NCBI GenBank assembly: GCA_030600085.1
Contig: JAUVMT010000002.1
Span: 1 to 36,085, forward strand
Direction: 5' to 3'
From: Gemmatimonadales bacterium
GTDB lineage: Bacteria > Gemmatimonadota > Gemmatimonadetes > Palauibacterales > Palauibacteraceae
Length of the DNA: 36,085 nucleotides
Part shown: one piece after another, positions 1 through 9,261 of the stretch
How positions within the stretch are numbered: position 1 is the stretch's first letter
How the letters are laid out: each line of letters opens with the position of its first letter
Made by a program: the position numbers and the translations under genes
The notes under the pieces: model-generated
What the model was told of the DNA's origin: nothing
Databases searched by the model: none
What the model saw: only the letters and a program-made list of their open reading frames with translations

Positions 1-801
1 CTCGTGGTCGAGGGACGTGTCCTCCAGCACGTATGGGAGTTGGTGGAGCGCTCGGCGGACCGCACGGCCGCTGATCTGGAGAGCGAGCTCCCGGGCGTTC
101 CCGAGGCATCCGCGTCAGGTGGGTGGGAGCGGCTTGGAGCCGCGCCTCTGCAGTTGGCGCCGGACGTACGCATCGAGCCGGGGGTGCTGTTCGATCTCCG
201 AGATGGGCCGATCTGCCTCGACCAGGAGGTCGAGGTACTCGCCGGAACACGCCTCACCGGACCTCTCTATGCCGGCCCATCGAGCCGTCTCCTCGGCGGC
301 TCGATTTCCCGACTCTCGGCGGGTCCGTTCAGCTACGTGCGCGGCGAGATCGAGGAGTCGGTCGTCCTCGGGTACGCGAACAAGGCACACGATGGGTTCC
401 TCGGGCACGCCTACGCGGGACGCTGGGTGAACCTCGGAGCACTCACTACCAACAGCGACCTCAAGAACACGTACGGAACCGTCCGTCTCGCGGGCCCGGC
501 CGATGAGGTCGACACGGGGTTGATGAAGTTCGGCTGCCTGATCGGAGACCACGTCAAGACGGCCATCGGAACGCTGATCCCGACAGGAGCCGTGATCGGT
601 TGTGGGGCGAACGTGCTCTCGCGCCTGCCGGAGAAGTGGGTGCCTCCGTTCAGTTGGGGCGGACCGGAGACCGTGCATCGGAAAGACGGGTTCCTGCGGA
701 CGGCCGAAGTGTCGGCGAGCCGGCGCGGCGTTCGGTTCGGTGACGGGGAGCGGGCGTGGCTCTCCGAGGTGTGGGAGCGGGCTACGGCCGCGCGCCGGTG
801 A
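1..801 (+). CDS. 5'-truncated GlmU-like putative sugar nucleotidyltransferase, C-terminal left-handed beta-helix part
   Basis: The frame is open from the window edge and ends at TGA 799-801. It contains a hexapeptide-repeat-like run GHAYAGRWVNLGALTTNSDLKNTYGTVRL...KFGCLIGDHVKTAIGTLIPTGAVIGCGANV. From memory this is typical of the alternative GlmU-like nucleotidyltransferase family. Confidence 0.6.
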   Translation, partial: LVVEGRVLQHVWELVERSADRTAADLESELPGVPEASASGGWERLGAAPLQLAPDVRIEPGVLFDLRDGPICLDQEVEVLAGTRLTGPLYAGPSSRLLGGSISRLSAGPFSYVRGEIEESVVLGYANKAHDGFLGHAYAGRWVNLGALTTNSDLKNTYGTVRLAGPADEVDTGLMKFGCLIGDHVKTAIGTLIPTGAVIGCGANVLSRLPEKWVPPFSWGGPETVHRKDGFLRTAEVSASRRGVRFGDGERAWLSEVWERATAARR

Positions 802-811
802 GCCGCCGGGC

Positions 812-1657
812 ATGCGCGTAGCCGCGCTGGGAAGCGGAAGCCGCGGGAACTCGCTCCTGGTCGAGGCCGGGAACACCCGTCTTCTTGTCGATGCCGGCCT
901 CAGCGGGCGCCAGATCGAGCGGCGACTCGCGGCGCTCGAGATCGAGCCCGAGAGCGTGGCCGCCATCGTCGTCACCCACGAGCACCGCGATCACACGAGC
1001 GGCGTCGGCGTGGCGGCCCGTCGTTGGGGTTGGCCCCTCTACATGAGCCGCCGAACGGCTACCGCGTGCCGGAGCCTGCTCTCGGGCGAGGAGGAGGTCC
1101 GGATCATCGAACGGGAAGCCACCTTTCGGATCGGAGGGGTGGAGGTGCACGCGTTTCTCACCAGCCACGATGCGGCGGATCCGCTCGCGGTCACACTGAC
1201 GGATTCGGAATCCGGCCTCAAGATCGGTGTCGCCACCGACCTCGGTCGGCCCACCGTTCCGGTGCGAAACGCGCTCCGAGCTTGTCATTTTCTCGTCCTC
1301 GAAGCGAATCACGACGACCTCCTGCTTCGTGAGGGCCCGTACCCGTGGTCGGTCAAGGAGCGCATCGGCGGAAGCCGGGGACACCTCTCCAACCGGATGG
1401 CGGCCGAGCTGGCTGCGGAGCTTCACCACCCGGAGCTAGGCGGCGTTCTGCTGGCTCACATGAGCGAGGAGTGCAACGACGGGCCGCTCGCCCTGCGCAC
1501 TGTCGCGGAGGCGCTGTCCGGCATGGATTACAGGGGCTTGATCGATGTGGCGACGCAGGAGCGTCCGACGCCGCTCTACGACGTCGCGGCGTTACGCTCG
1601 CGCGTCATGGATGGGGAGCAGCTCCACCTGTTCGCCGGCGGGAGAGGGCGTGCCTAG
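812..1657 (+). CDS. MBL-fold metallo-hydrolase (YycJ/PhnP-like)
   Basis: ATG at 812 lies 11 nt after the upstream stop. The longer 602 start overlaps gene 1 in another frame and is Arg/Cys-rich junk. The protein starts MRVAALGSGSRGNSLLVEAG and carries the HxHxDH motif VVTHEHRDHTSG. Length is about 281 aa. Confidence 0.85.
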   Translation: MRVAALGSGSRGNSLLVEAGNTRLLVDAGLSGRQIERRLAALEIEPESVAAIVVTHEHRDHTSGVGVAARRWGWPLYMSRRTATACRSLLSGEEEVRIIEREATFRIGGVEVHAFLTSHDAADPLAVTLTDSESGLKIGVATDLGRPTVPVRNALRACHFLVLEANHDDLLLREGPYPWSVKERIGGSRGHLSNRMAAELAAELHHPELGGVLLAHMSEECNDGPLALRTVAEALSGMDYRGLIDVATQERPTPLYDVAALRSRVMDGEQLHLFAGGRGRA

Positions 1658-2745
1658 AGCAGCCTCAAGACGTCATTGGTGATCACCCAGACCATCAGGC
1701 CCACGACGAGCACGAGTCCCACCTGCGTGAGTCGAATCCGCTGCTCGACGCTTAGGGCCTTCCCTCGAATGGCCTCGAAGGCCAGGAAGGTCAGATGGCC
1801 GCCGTCCAGGACTGGAACCGGTAGCAGATTTAGAATGGCGAGGTTGACGCTGATGATCGCCATGAAGGAGAGAAGCGCCCAGATGCCGGCGCGCGCGGCC
1901 CGCCCAGACAGCTGACCGATCAGGATCGGGCCGCCTACCTCCTTCGCGCTGCTCTTGCCGCTCACGAGCTGGCCCAGAAACTCCAGCGTCGTCCTTACCC
2001 AGTACCAAGTCCTGAAAGAGCCCTCGGGTATTGCTTCGGTCCAGCCGAGCTCGCGATAACCGCCCTCCGGATCGGAGGTGACCCCGATCTGACCGATCTC
2101 GACGGAATCACGGATCACGTCGCTCCAGATGCTAACGCTCCGTGGAACGACGTTGAGGCTCAGGCGCTCGCCGTCCCGATCGACCCCGACGCGGATCTGG
2201 GCCTCGGGGCTCTGTTGCACCAACAGTGCGAGCTCGTCGAAGGCTCTGACTCGCTGGCCCTCCACGCTTACGATGCGGTCACCGGGCTGGAAGCCGGCTA
2301 CGGCCGCCGGCGAGTTTTCTTGGACCTCGCTGATCAGCGCGAGCTGGACCCCCTGCACCCTGGCGACGACGATAAAAGCCGCGACGGCGAAGAGGAGGTT
2401 CATGATGACACCGGCAGAGATCACCAGCGTGCGAGCGGGCAGTGACTTCGCGTCGAAATCGCGTGGTGAGGGCTCACGACCTCCGGCCGCGCCGCCCTCC
2501 AACATGCCGACCCCCTCTTCCTCCGCCATCCCGGCCATCTTCACGTAGCCGCCCAGAGGGAACCAGGAGATCACGTACTCCGTCTCTCCCCTCTGGAAAC
2601 CGGCCATCTTCGGCCCGAGCCCGAGGGAAAAGCGCTGCACTTCGATGTCGACGGCCTTGGCCGCGAGGAAGTGACCGAGCTCGTGCACGAAGATCAGCAC
2701 ACCAAGCACGAGCACGGTGGCCAGAACAGTCACCATTGCATCCAT
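1654..2745 (-). CDS. rseP: RIP site-2 zinc metalloprotease RseP
   Basis: HELGHF (HExxH) lies in the first TM helix. There is a PDZ-like segment SPAAVAGFQPGDRIVSVEG and a C-terminal NLLPVPVLDGGH motif. Length is 363 aa. Confidence 0.93.
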   Translation of the reverse strand: MDAMVTVLATVLVLGVLIFVHELGHFLAAKAVDIEVQRFSLGLGPKMAGFQRGETEYVISWFPLGGYVKMAGMAEEEGVGMLEGGAAGGREPSPRDFDAKSLPARTLVISAGVIMNLLFAVAAFIVVARVQGVQLALISEVQENSPAAVAGFQPGDRIVSVEGQRVRAFDELALLVQQSPEAQIRVGVDRDGERLSLNVVPRSVSIWSDVIRDSVEIGQIGVTSDPEGGYRELGWTEAIPEGSFRTWYWVRTTLEFLGQLVSGKSSAKEVGGPILIGQLSGRAARAGIWALLSFMAIISVNLAILNLLPVPVLDGGHLTFLAFEAIRGKALSVEQRIRLTQVGLVLVVGLMVWVITNDVLRLL

Positions 2746-2896
2746 GAGCTGCTTTCACCCCAGCTGGCGGTTTGCGGTTCCGGTGTAGGGCCGACCTGGT
2801 CGCGGACGGCGGCCAAAGCTCGCGGCCGAGCGGGCGAGACTGAGTGCAGGATCGGTGCCCGGGGAACGCCCGCCCCGCGTCGCCCCGAGTCCCCCT

Positions 2897-3718
2897 TCAA
2901 AGACCCACCGCGGTGAAGAAGAGAAATGCCCCGGGAATGGTCCAGAGAAGCGAATCGAGCCGATCGAGGAAGCCTCCGTGTCCGGGGAGCAGTGAGGACG
3001 AATCCTTCTGGCCGCACTCCCGCTTCAGGGCAGATTCCACGAGATCACCGACGATCGCGAGGATCGCGATGAGAAGGCCGAAGAGCAGGGACCGGGCGAC
3101 GCCTCCGGCCGAGGGGAGCACCCAAAGACCGTACAGGAGGGCCGCGCCGGCCCCCGTCACGATGCCGGCGAGCCCTCCTTCGACCGTCTTGTTGGGGCTG
3201 ATTGTCGGAGACATCTGTCGACGTCCGAACAACTTACCGCCGGTATACGCACCGGTGTCGGTCGACCAGGTGACGATGACTGGATAGAAAAAAAGTAGCG
3301 TACCCTCCACCCGATCGGGGAGAAACCATTCGCGCAGAGGAATGCCGAAGCTCAAGAGGCCGCCGAGGTACACAGCGCCGAAAACCGTCACCGCGGCGTT
3401 GGAGAGGGGACGTTCGGGGGGCGGCAGACGGAACGTGGCGACGGCAGCGCCGATCGCGACGGCGACCATGGCGACCACCCACGCCAAGGGGAATCCCAGG
3501 CTCAGCACGGCGAGCGGGAGAGCGAGGGCGGTGAGAACTCCGACGCCCATCAGGGGCCGGTGTCCGATCTCACGCATCATCGCCGCGTATTCCCAGTAGC
3601 CGACCGCCCCGAGGAAGCCCAAGCCGAGCGCAAGGTAGATCCCGCCGGCGTAAACCACGATGAGGGAAGCCGGAATGCCTACCGCGGCGACGACGAGCCG
3701 GCGACGCAGGTCCTTCAC
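2897..3718 (-). CDS. cdsA: phosphatidate cytidylyltransferase
   Basis: The protein is polytopic and carries the CdsA signature ESALKRECGQKDSSSLLPGHGGFLDRLDSLL. The start is GTG at 3718. Confidence 0.92.
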   Translation of the reverse strand: MKDLRRRLVVAAVGIPASLIVVYAGGIYLALGLGFLGAVGYWEYAAMMREIGHRPLMGVGVLTALALPLAVLSLGFPLAWVVAMVAVAIGAAVATFRLPPPERPLSNAAVTVFGAVYLGGLLSFGIPLREWFLPDRVEGTLLFFYPVIVTWSTDTGAYTGGKLFGRRQMSPTISPNKTVEGGLAGIVTGAGAALLYGLWVLPSAGGVARSLLFGLLIAILAIVGDLVESALKRECGQKDSSSLLPGHGGFLDRLDSLLWTIPGAFLFFTAVGL

Positions 3719-3788
3719 GGACGCGACTCCCCACCCATCGCCTGGAGGGTCCAGCGGGAGGCGTGGCCAGCGCTCCGGGAGTGGGGGC

Positions 3789-4550
3789 TCAAACCTCTAC
3801 GCGGCCGTATCGGCGCTCGCGCCGCTGATACTCCAGGATCGCCTCGAAGAAGTGAGCACGATCGAAGTCCGGCCATAGGACGGGCGTGACGAGGAGCTCG
3901 GCGTAAGCGATCTGCCAGAGGAGGAAGTTCGAGAGGCGTTGTTCTCCGGACGTGCGGATCAGAAGGTCCGGATCGGGCGACCCGGCCGTATAGAGCTCCC
4001 GCTCGAAGCGCTCCGCATCCACCTCTTCGGGCTTCAGCTGGCCGGCCAGCGCCGCGGCCACCAGACGACGCGCTGCCCGAGCGATCTCCGAACGCGACCC
4101 GTAGCTGAGCGCCAGGTTGAGCGAGAGCGCGGACCCTGACCGTGTCGCCGTTCCCAAGCGCTCGACCGCCTCGCCCGCCTCGGGCGACAGTCGCGCGAGG
4201 TCGCCGAAGACGTTGACGCGGACGTCACGCTCCCTGAGCTCGCCCTCCTCGCTATTCGCGTACTCGACGAGCAGATCCATGAGGGCGGAGATCTCGGAGG
4301 AGGGCCGAAGCCAATTCTCGTTCGAGAAGGCGTACAGTGTCAGGTGGCGTACTCCCAGATCGAGGCAGGCGATCACGGCCTCGCGAACGGCCTTGGCTCC
4401 CTCGCGATGGCCCTCCCAGCGGGGAAGCCCGCGCGCCTCGGCCCAGCGGCCGTTGCCATCCATGATAACGGCCACGTGGGTCGGAATCTCGCCCTGCTGC
4501 GTCTCGGCGAGTAAGCGCTCTCTGATCTTCGTCTGCTCGGTGTCAGGCAT
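3789..4550 (-). CDS. uppS: isoprenyl transferase (undecaprenyl-diphosphate synthase)
   Basis: Motifs HVAVIMDGNGRWA and RTSGEQRLSNFLLWQ are present. I prefer ATG 4550, because the alternative GTG 4568 lies inside a 24-nt palindrome. Confidence 0.9.
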   Translation of the reverse strand: MPDTEQTKIRERLLAETQQGEIPTHVAVIMDGNGRWAEARGLPRWEGHREGAKAVREAVIACLDLGVRHLTLYAFSNENWLRPSSEISALMDLLVEYANSEEGELRERDVRVNVFGDLARLSPEAGEAVERLGTATRSGSALSLNLALSYGSRSEIARAARRLVAAALAGQLKPEEVDAERFERELYTAGSPDPDLLIRTSGEQRLSNFLLWQIAYAELLVTPVLWPDFDRAHFFEAILEYQRRERRYGRVEV

Positions 4551-4562
4551 GGCGCCGCATTC

Positions 4563-4586
4563 TGACACCCTCGGCCGAGAGTGTCA
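4563..4586. repeat. 24-nt near-perfect palindrome TGACACCCTCGGCCGAGAGTGTCA in the thiI-uppS spacer
   Basis: Manual pairing gives 11 of 12 arm positions complementary, with one C/A mismatch (4569/4580). It sits 13 nt upstream of the uppS ATG and no U-tract follows it on the minus strand. Confidence 0.6.
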
Positions 4587-4621
4587 AAGCACCCGGCCAC
4601 CAGCCCGCCGACGCCTCCGTA

Positions 4622-6112
4622 TCAGCGCGGCTCATCGGTCGGCGTCGCGACGCCCGACTCCGCGTGACGCCGCAGGCTCCGCACGCCCCCTCGAAAGCTG
4701 TAGGCCTCGTACCCTTTGGACTGCATGCGCTCGGCGAGGTGGGCGGTGAGGACCCCTTCGGAGCAATAGAGCACGTAGGTGCGGTCGCGGGCCAACTCCG
4801 CGAACTCCCGCGTCAACTCGTCGTACTCGCGGTGCTCGGCACCCGGCCAGTGCCAGGCCAGAAAGGCCTCGGCATCGCGGGAATCGATCACGATCGCGTC
4901 GTCGGGAATCTCGCTCATGAACAGGTGGGAGCCGACAAGCTCCGGCGTGTCCAGGCCCCGAAGCCGGAGCATCTGCCTATCGGCGATGGCCTTCGCCAGG
5001 ACAGCCGGGTCGATGCTTGCCTCCAGAGCCGCCACCCTTTCCGGGCGCGCAGCCGTGACCGGCCGGTCCGGAACGATGGCGCAGTATTCCCTCACTCTGG
5101 CCGACAGCTCGTACGTACCGAGCAGCCTGGCTCGATCGAGTATCTCCTCCTTGTCGAAGCCGAGCAGAGGGCGGAGCACGGGGAGCGGCGCGACCGCATC
5201 GATCGCCCTCAGGTTCGCCAGCGTCTGCGAGGACACCTGGCCGATCGACTCCCCCGTGACGATCGCATCGGCGCTCACCTCCGCAGCCACCTCGGCGGCC
5301 GCGAGGTACATCATCCGCTTGAGGGTCACCTGCCAGTAGGATGGCTTGACGGTCCGCTGAAACTCGGCCATCACGGACTCGAAGTCGACGACGTGAAGCT
5401 TCGGATCCGTGCCGTAGCTCCACGCGTCCGCCAGGACCTTCACGACCTCGATCGTGAGCCGCTTGTACGCCGCTCCACCCAGATTGCAGAACAGGTACTC
5501 GGCCTCCACGCCGCGCCTGAGGACCATCCAGGCCGCCACAGCCGAATCGAAGCCGCCGGAGATCAGCACGACGGCCTTCCCCTGCACCCCCAGCGGGAGA
5601 CCTGCCGCGCCGCGGATCGGCCTTCCCACGAAGTAGGCCTCTCGGTCCCGTACCTCGACGCGAACCTCTACCTCGGGGTCGGAGAGATCCACGGTCGCGC
5701 CCGGGTTGAGCGCCGCGCCCAACTCGCGCTGGACGTCGTACGAGCTGAAGTCGTGCTGGCCGGTGCGGCGTGCTCGTACGGCGTATCGCCGTCCTCGGAC
5801 GGTATCGGCATACCGGCGATGGCCGAGATTCACGATCTCGTCCAACGAGGCGTCGCAGCGTCCCTCGACGAGAGAATAGGAGCTGATGCCAAAGACGCGC
5901 CTCAACGGATCCAGGATCCCGGGATCGGGCGAGAACACGTGCAGGCGGCTCCAACCGCGGGTCACTCGACAGCGGAGCCCGTGCGAGCGACCGGCGTCCA
6001 CGATGTTCTTGGCCAGGCGCTTCTCGAATCGAGTCCGAGTGCGCTTCGCCTTCGTGCTCAGTTCCCCGCTGAACCGAACGAGAACCTCGATCGGTTCGGC
6101 CTCTTCGGTCAC
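4622..6112 (-). CDS. thiI: tRNA 4-thiouridine(8) synthase ThiI with C-terminal rhodanese domain
   Basis: The THUMP-like N-terminus reads IEVLVRFSGELSTKAKRTR, and the PP-loop is VLISGGFDSAVAAW. The C-terminal rhodanese-like segment YVLYCSEGVLTAHLAERMQSKGYEAYSFRGG has a Cys. The start is uncertain: GTG 6112 is preceded by GAGGG with a 7-nt spacer. Alternatives are GTG 6130 and the ORF-track start 6205. Confidence 0.88.
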   Translation of the reverse strand: MTEEAEPIEVLVRFSGELSTKAKRTRTRFEKRLAKNIVDAGRSHGLRCRVTRGWSRLHVFSPDPGILDPLRRVFGISSYSLVEGRCDASLDEIVNLGHRRYADTVRGRRYAVRARRTGQHDFSSYDVQRELGAALNPGATVDLSDPEVEVRVEVRDREAYFVGRPIRGAAGLPLGVQGKAVVLISGGFDSAVAAWMVLRRGVEAEYLFCNLGGAAYKRLTIEVVKVLADAWSYGTDPKLHVVDFESVMAEFQRTVKPSYWQVTLKRMMYLAAAEVAAEVSADAIVTGESIGQVSSQTLANLRAIDAVAPLPVLRPLLGFDKEEILDRARLLGTYELSARVREYCAIVPDRPVTAARPERVAALEASIDPAVLAKAIADRQMLRLRGLDTPELVGSHLFMSEIPDDAIVIDSRDAEAFLAWHWPGAEHREYDELTREFAELARDRTYVLYCSEGVLTAHLAERMQSKGYEAYSFRGGVRSLRRHAESGVATPTDEPR

Positions 6113-6218
6113 GGCGAGACCCTCATTCACGATCGAGCCATCTTCCAACGCGCCACACCTCCATGACTCCGATGGCGGAAATCGCGCCAACCACCTTCCC
6201 GACACCCTAGCAGGAAAG

Positions 6219-6253
6219 CCCCAAAACGAAAGCCCCGTCGCGGGACGACGGAG
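6219..6253 (-). terminator. intrinsic terminator downstream of tRNA(CAU)
   Basis: The minus strand reads CTCCGTCG-TCCCG-CGACGGGG, an 8-bp stem with one G-U pair. It is followed by CTTTCGTTTTGGGG and begins 12 nt after the tRNA 3' end. Confidence 0.6.
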
Positions 6254-6265
6254 CTCTCGCGCAGA

Positions 6266-6339
6266 TGGCAGGGGCGGGATTTGAACCCGCGACCCAGGGC
6301 TTATGAGTCCCTTGCTCTACCAGGCTGAGCTACCCTGCC
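6266..6339 (-). tRNA. tRNA with CAU anticodon (elongator Met, or Ile2 if lysidine-modified)
   Basis: The minus strand reads GGCAGGG-TA-GCTC-AGCCTGGTA-GAGC-A-AGGGA-CTCATAA-GCCCT-GGGTC-GCGGG-TTCAAAT-CCCGC-CCCTGCC-A. The 7-bp acceptor, D stem and T stem are all perfect. G1:C72 argues against an initiator. There is an A31/G39 mismatch at the base of the anticodon stem. CCA is not encoded. Confidence 0.9.
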
Positions 6340-6349
6340 CTCAACCCCC

Positions 6350-6379
6350 AAAAAAACGCGGCCGGAGAAGGCTCCGGCC
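6350..6379 (-). terminator. strong intrinsic terminator between the two tRNA genes
   Basis: The minus strand reads GGCCGGAG-CCTT-CTCCGGCC-GCG-TTTTTTT: an 8-bp GC stem, a tetraloop and seven U. It lies 19 nt after the tRNA(UAU) 3' end, and its U-tract ends 10 nt before the tRNA(CAU) 5' end. Confidence 0.75.
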
Positions 6380-6398
6380 AGGTGGACACCGCACCCAA

Positions 6399-6472
<74 letters not shown>

Positions 6473-6483
6473 GTGTAACTATC

Positions 6484-6512
6484 AATGTAGAAGCGAGTTG
6501 CCTACCGGTCAA
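6484..6512 (-). promoter_or_regulatory. sigma70-like promoter for tRNA(UAU): TTGACC-17 nt-TACATT
   Basis: On the minus strand the -35 TTGACC (6512-6507) lies inside the last ftsB codons. A 17-nt spacer follows, then the -10 TACATT (6489-6484). The tRNA 5' end is 11 nt downstream of the -10. Confidence 0.5.
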
Positions 6513-6825
6513 CCCGGCGGCCGGCGCCCGTATCGACCTCGATGAAGCGGAAAAGGTGCTCGCCATCGCGGATAAATCCGTACCGCTCGCGAGCGACCTT
6601 CTCGATCACTGCCGGCACGGATTCCAAGCTGTCGGCCCAGGCCTCCAGCGAGTCGGTGACCGCCGCCAGCGAGTCTGCACGCTGACCAAGCGTTCGCTGC
6701 TCCTGGCGGAGCGTCCGAAGATCGAGGGACGAGTACTCGCCGCCCAGAAGGAGGTAGTATCCTCCGGCCAACCAGAGCGCCGCCACGAGCGTGCGCTGGC
6801 CGAGTCTTCTCAGCCTCTCAGACAT
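6502..6825 (-). CDS. ftsB: septum formation initiator family protein (FtsB/DivIC)
   Basis: The protein is 107 aa with an N-terminal TM segment (LVAALWLAGGYYLLLGG) followed by a coiled coil. The C-terminal ARERYGFIRDGEHLFRF is typical of the family. It lies directly downstream of eno, as in many bacteria. Confidence 0.8.
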   Translation of the reverse strand: MSERLRRLGQRTLVAALWLAGGYYLLLGGEYSSLDLRTLRQEQRTLGQRADSLAAVTDSLEAWADSLESVPAVIEKVARERYGFIRDGEHLFRFIEVDTGAGRRVDR

Positions 6826-6861
6826 GAGCTTCTGTACCTTGAGGCGATGAGCGGGACACCC

Positions 6862-8208
<1,347 letters not shown>

Positions 8209-8388
8209 TCATCTCCTCGGCTTTGGGCAGCTTTCGACGTCGGACGCATGCGGAGCCAAATTGTACATGGTGGAAGCAGGCTACAAGGCTCGACCCATCG
8301 AAGGCGGCCCGAGTGAGCCTGGGTTCTGGGGCGGGCCGGGGCTACGTTAATGCCTTGGCGCGGAACCGGTCCAACAAGGAGGAAACGG

Positions 8389-9261
8389 ATGAACACTCCG
8401 ATCAGGAGATCCCGTCTAGACTTGAGTAAGACCTTCCGGGGTGCGGGTGCGATAGGCGGCGGAGCCCTGGTGCTTATCGTAGCGATGATGCTGCTGTTCG
8501 GCTTCAACCGAGTCGACGACTTCGAAGTAGCCGTGAAGCGCAACCCCGTGACCGGTGCGGTAGACCCCATACCGTACCGACAGGGCCTCTATCACTCGAT
8601 CCTGCGTTCGTGGACGAACTACGATCGGCGCGAGATCGAGTACCCCCCCTCCGGGCAGAGCGAGCGTCTGGCCGCACTGACGGCCGACCAGCTCTCGATC
8701 GAGATCGACGCGGCCTATCGGTACCGGCTGAACCCCGACTCGGTGGTCCACCTGTTTCTCACCGTGGGAGACAAACGCGCGATTCACAACTTCGTGTACA
8801 ACACCTACCGCTCGGCGGTGCGAGATGCGGTCTCCGAGCTTCTCGCGGCCGACATCCTGTCTCGCGAGCGCACCGGCATCGGTGGCCGGATCGAAGAGCT
8901 CATGGCCGCGGGGCTCGTTCCGCGGGGGATCGAGATGACTCAGTTCTTCGTGCGCGAGATCGAGCCGCCGGAGGCGCTTCGTCTGGCGATCGAGCAGAAG
9001 CTGGCCCGGGAGCAGCAGGTACAGGCCGAGGGCTATCAGACCCAAGTCGTGCAGGAACAGGCCAACCAGAAGCGCGCCGAAGCCGCCGGCATCCGGGACG
9101 CCCAGGAGATCATCGCCGAGAGCCTGACCGGGCCCGCCGGCCAGCGCTACCTCTACTGGCGGTACATCGAGATGCTCGGGGAGGTCGCAGATGGTACCAA
9201 CAACCTGGTGATCGCGCCGACGGAGGGGGGCATCCCGATCTTCTTCACGCCGGGCGGCTAG
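8389..9261 (+). CDS. SPFH/band-7 (prohibitin-like) membrane protein
   Basis: ATG 8389 is preceded by a consensus AAGGAGG (8376-8382) with a 6-nt spacer, so the 8350 start is rejected. An N-terminal TM segment (GGGALVLIVAMMLLFGF) is followed by a band-7-like body and a coiled-coil EQKLAREQQVQAEGYQTQVVQEQANQKRAEAAG. No NfeD partner is present. Confidence 0.8.
   Translation: MNTPIRRSRLDLSKTFRGAGAIGGGALVLIVAMMLLFGFNRVDDFEVAVKRNPVTGAVDPIPYRQGLYHSILRSWTNYDRREIEYPPSGQSERLAALTADQLSIEIDAAYRYRLNPDSVVHLFLTVGDKRAIHNFVYNTYRSAVRDAVSELLAADILSRERTGIGGRIEELMAAGLVPRGIEMTQFFVREIEPPEALRLAIEQKLAREQQVQAEGYQTQVVQEQANQKRAEAAGIRDAQEIIAESLTGPAGQRYLYWRYIEMLGEVADGTNNLVIAPTEGGIPIFFTPGG

Noticed and set aside
2746-2896. 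A 151-nt non-coding spacer between cdsA and rseP, where dxr sits in the Bacillus-type uppS-cdsA-dxr-rseP cluster. This could be a gene-loss scar or an RNA element.
   Set aside because: dxr placement varies among phyla; in E. coli it is upstream of uppS. I found no convincing stem-loop with a U-tract, no coding signal and no recognisable RNA motif in the spacer.
4664-6166. A 500-aa plus-strand ORF antisense to thiI. Similar long antisense or alternate-frame ORFs occur at 15584-16732, 16756-17865, 20363-22054, 26573-27673, 29632-31062 and 14578-15675.
   Set aside because: The opposite strand in each case encodes a protein with unmistakable family motifs. The antisense translations are Arg/Gly/Pro/Ala-rich with no motifs, as expected for stop-poor frames in very GC-rich DNA.
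8209-8388. The divergent eno/SPFH promoter region. A TACAAT -10-like hexamer for eno (complement of 8260-8265) was considered as a feature.
   Set aside because: The -10 match is good, but the best -35 candidate (TTGTAG) sits at a 15-nt spacing. The support is too weak to list as a feature without transcription-start data.
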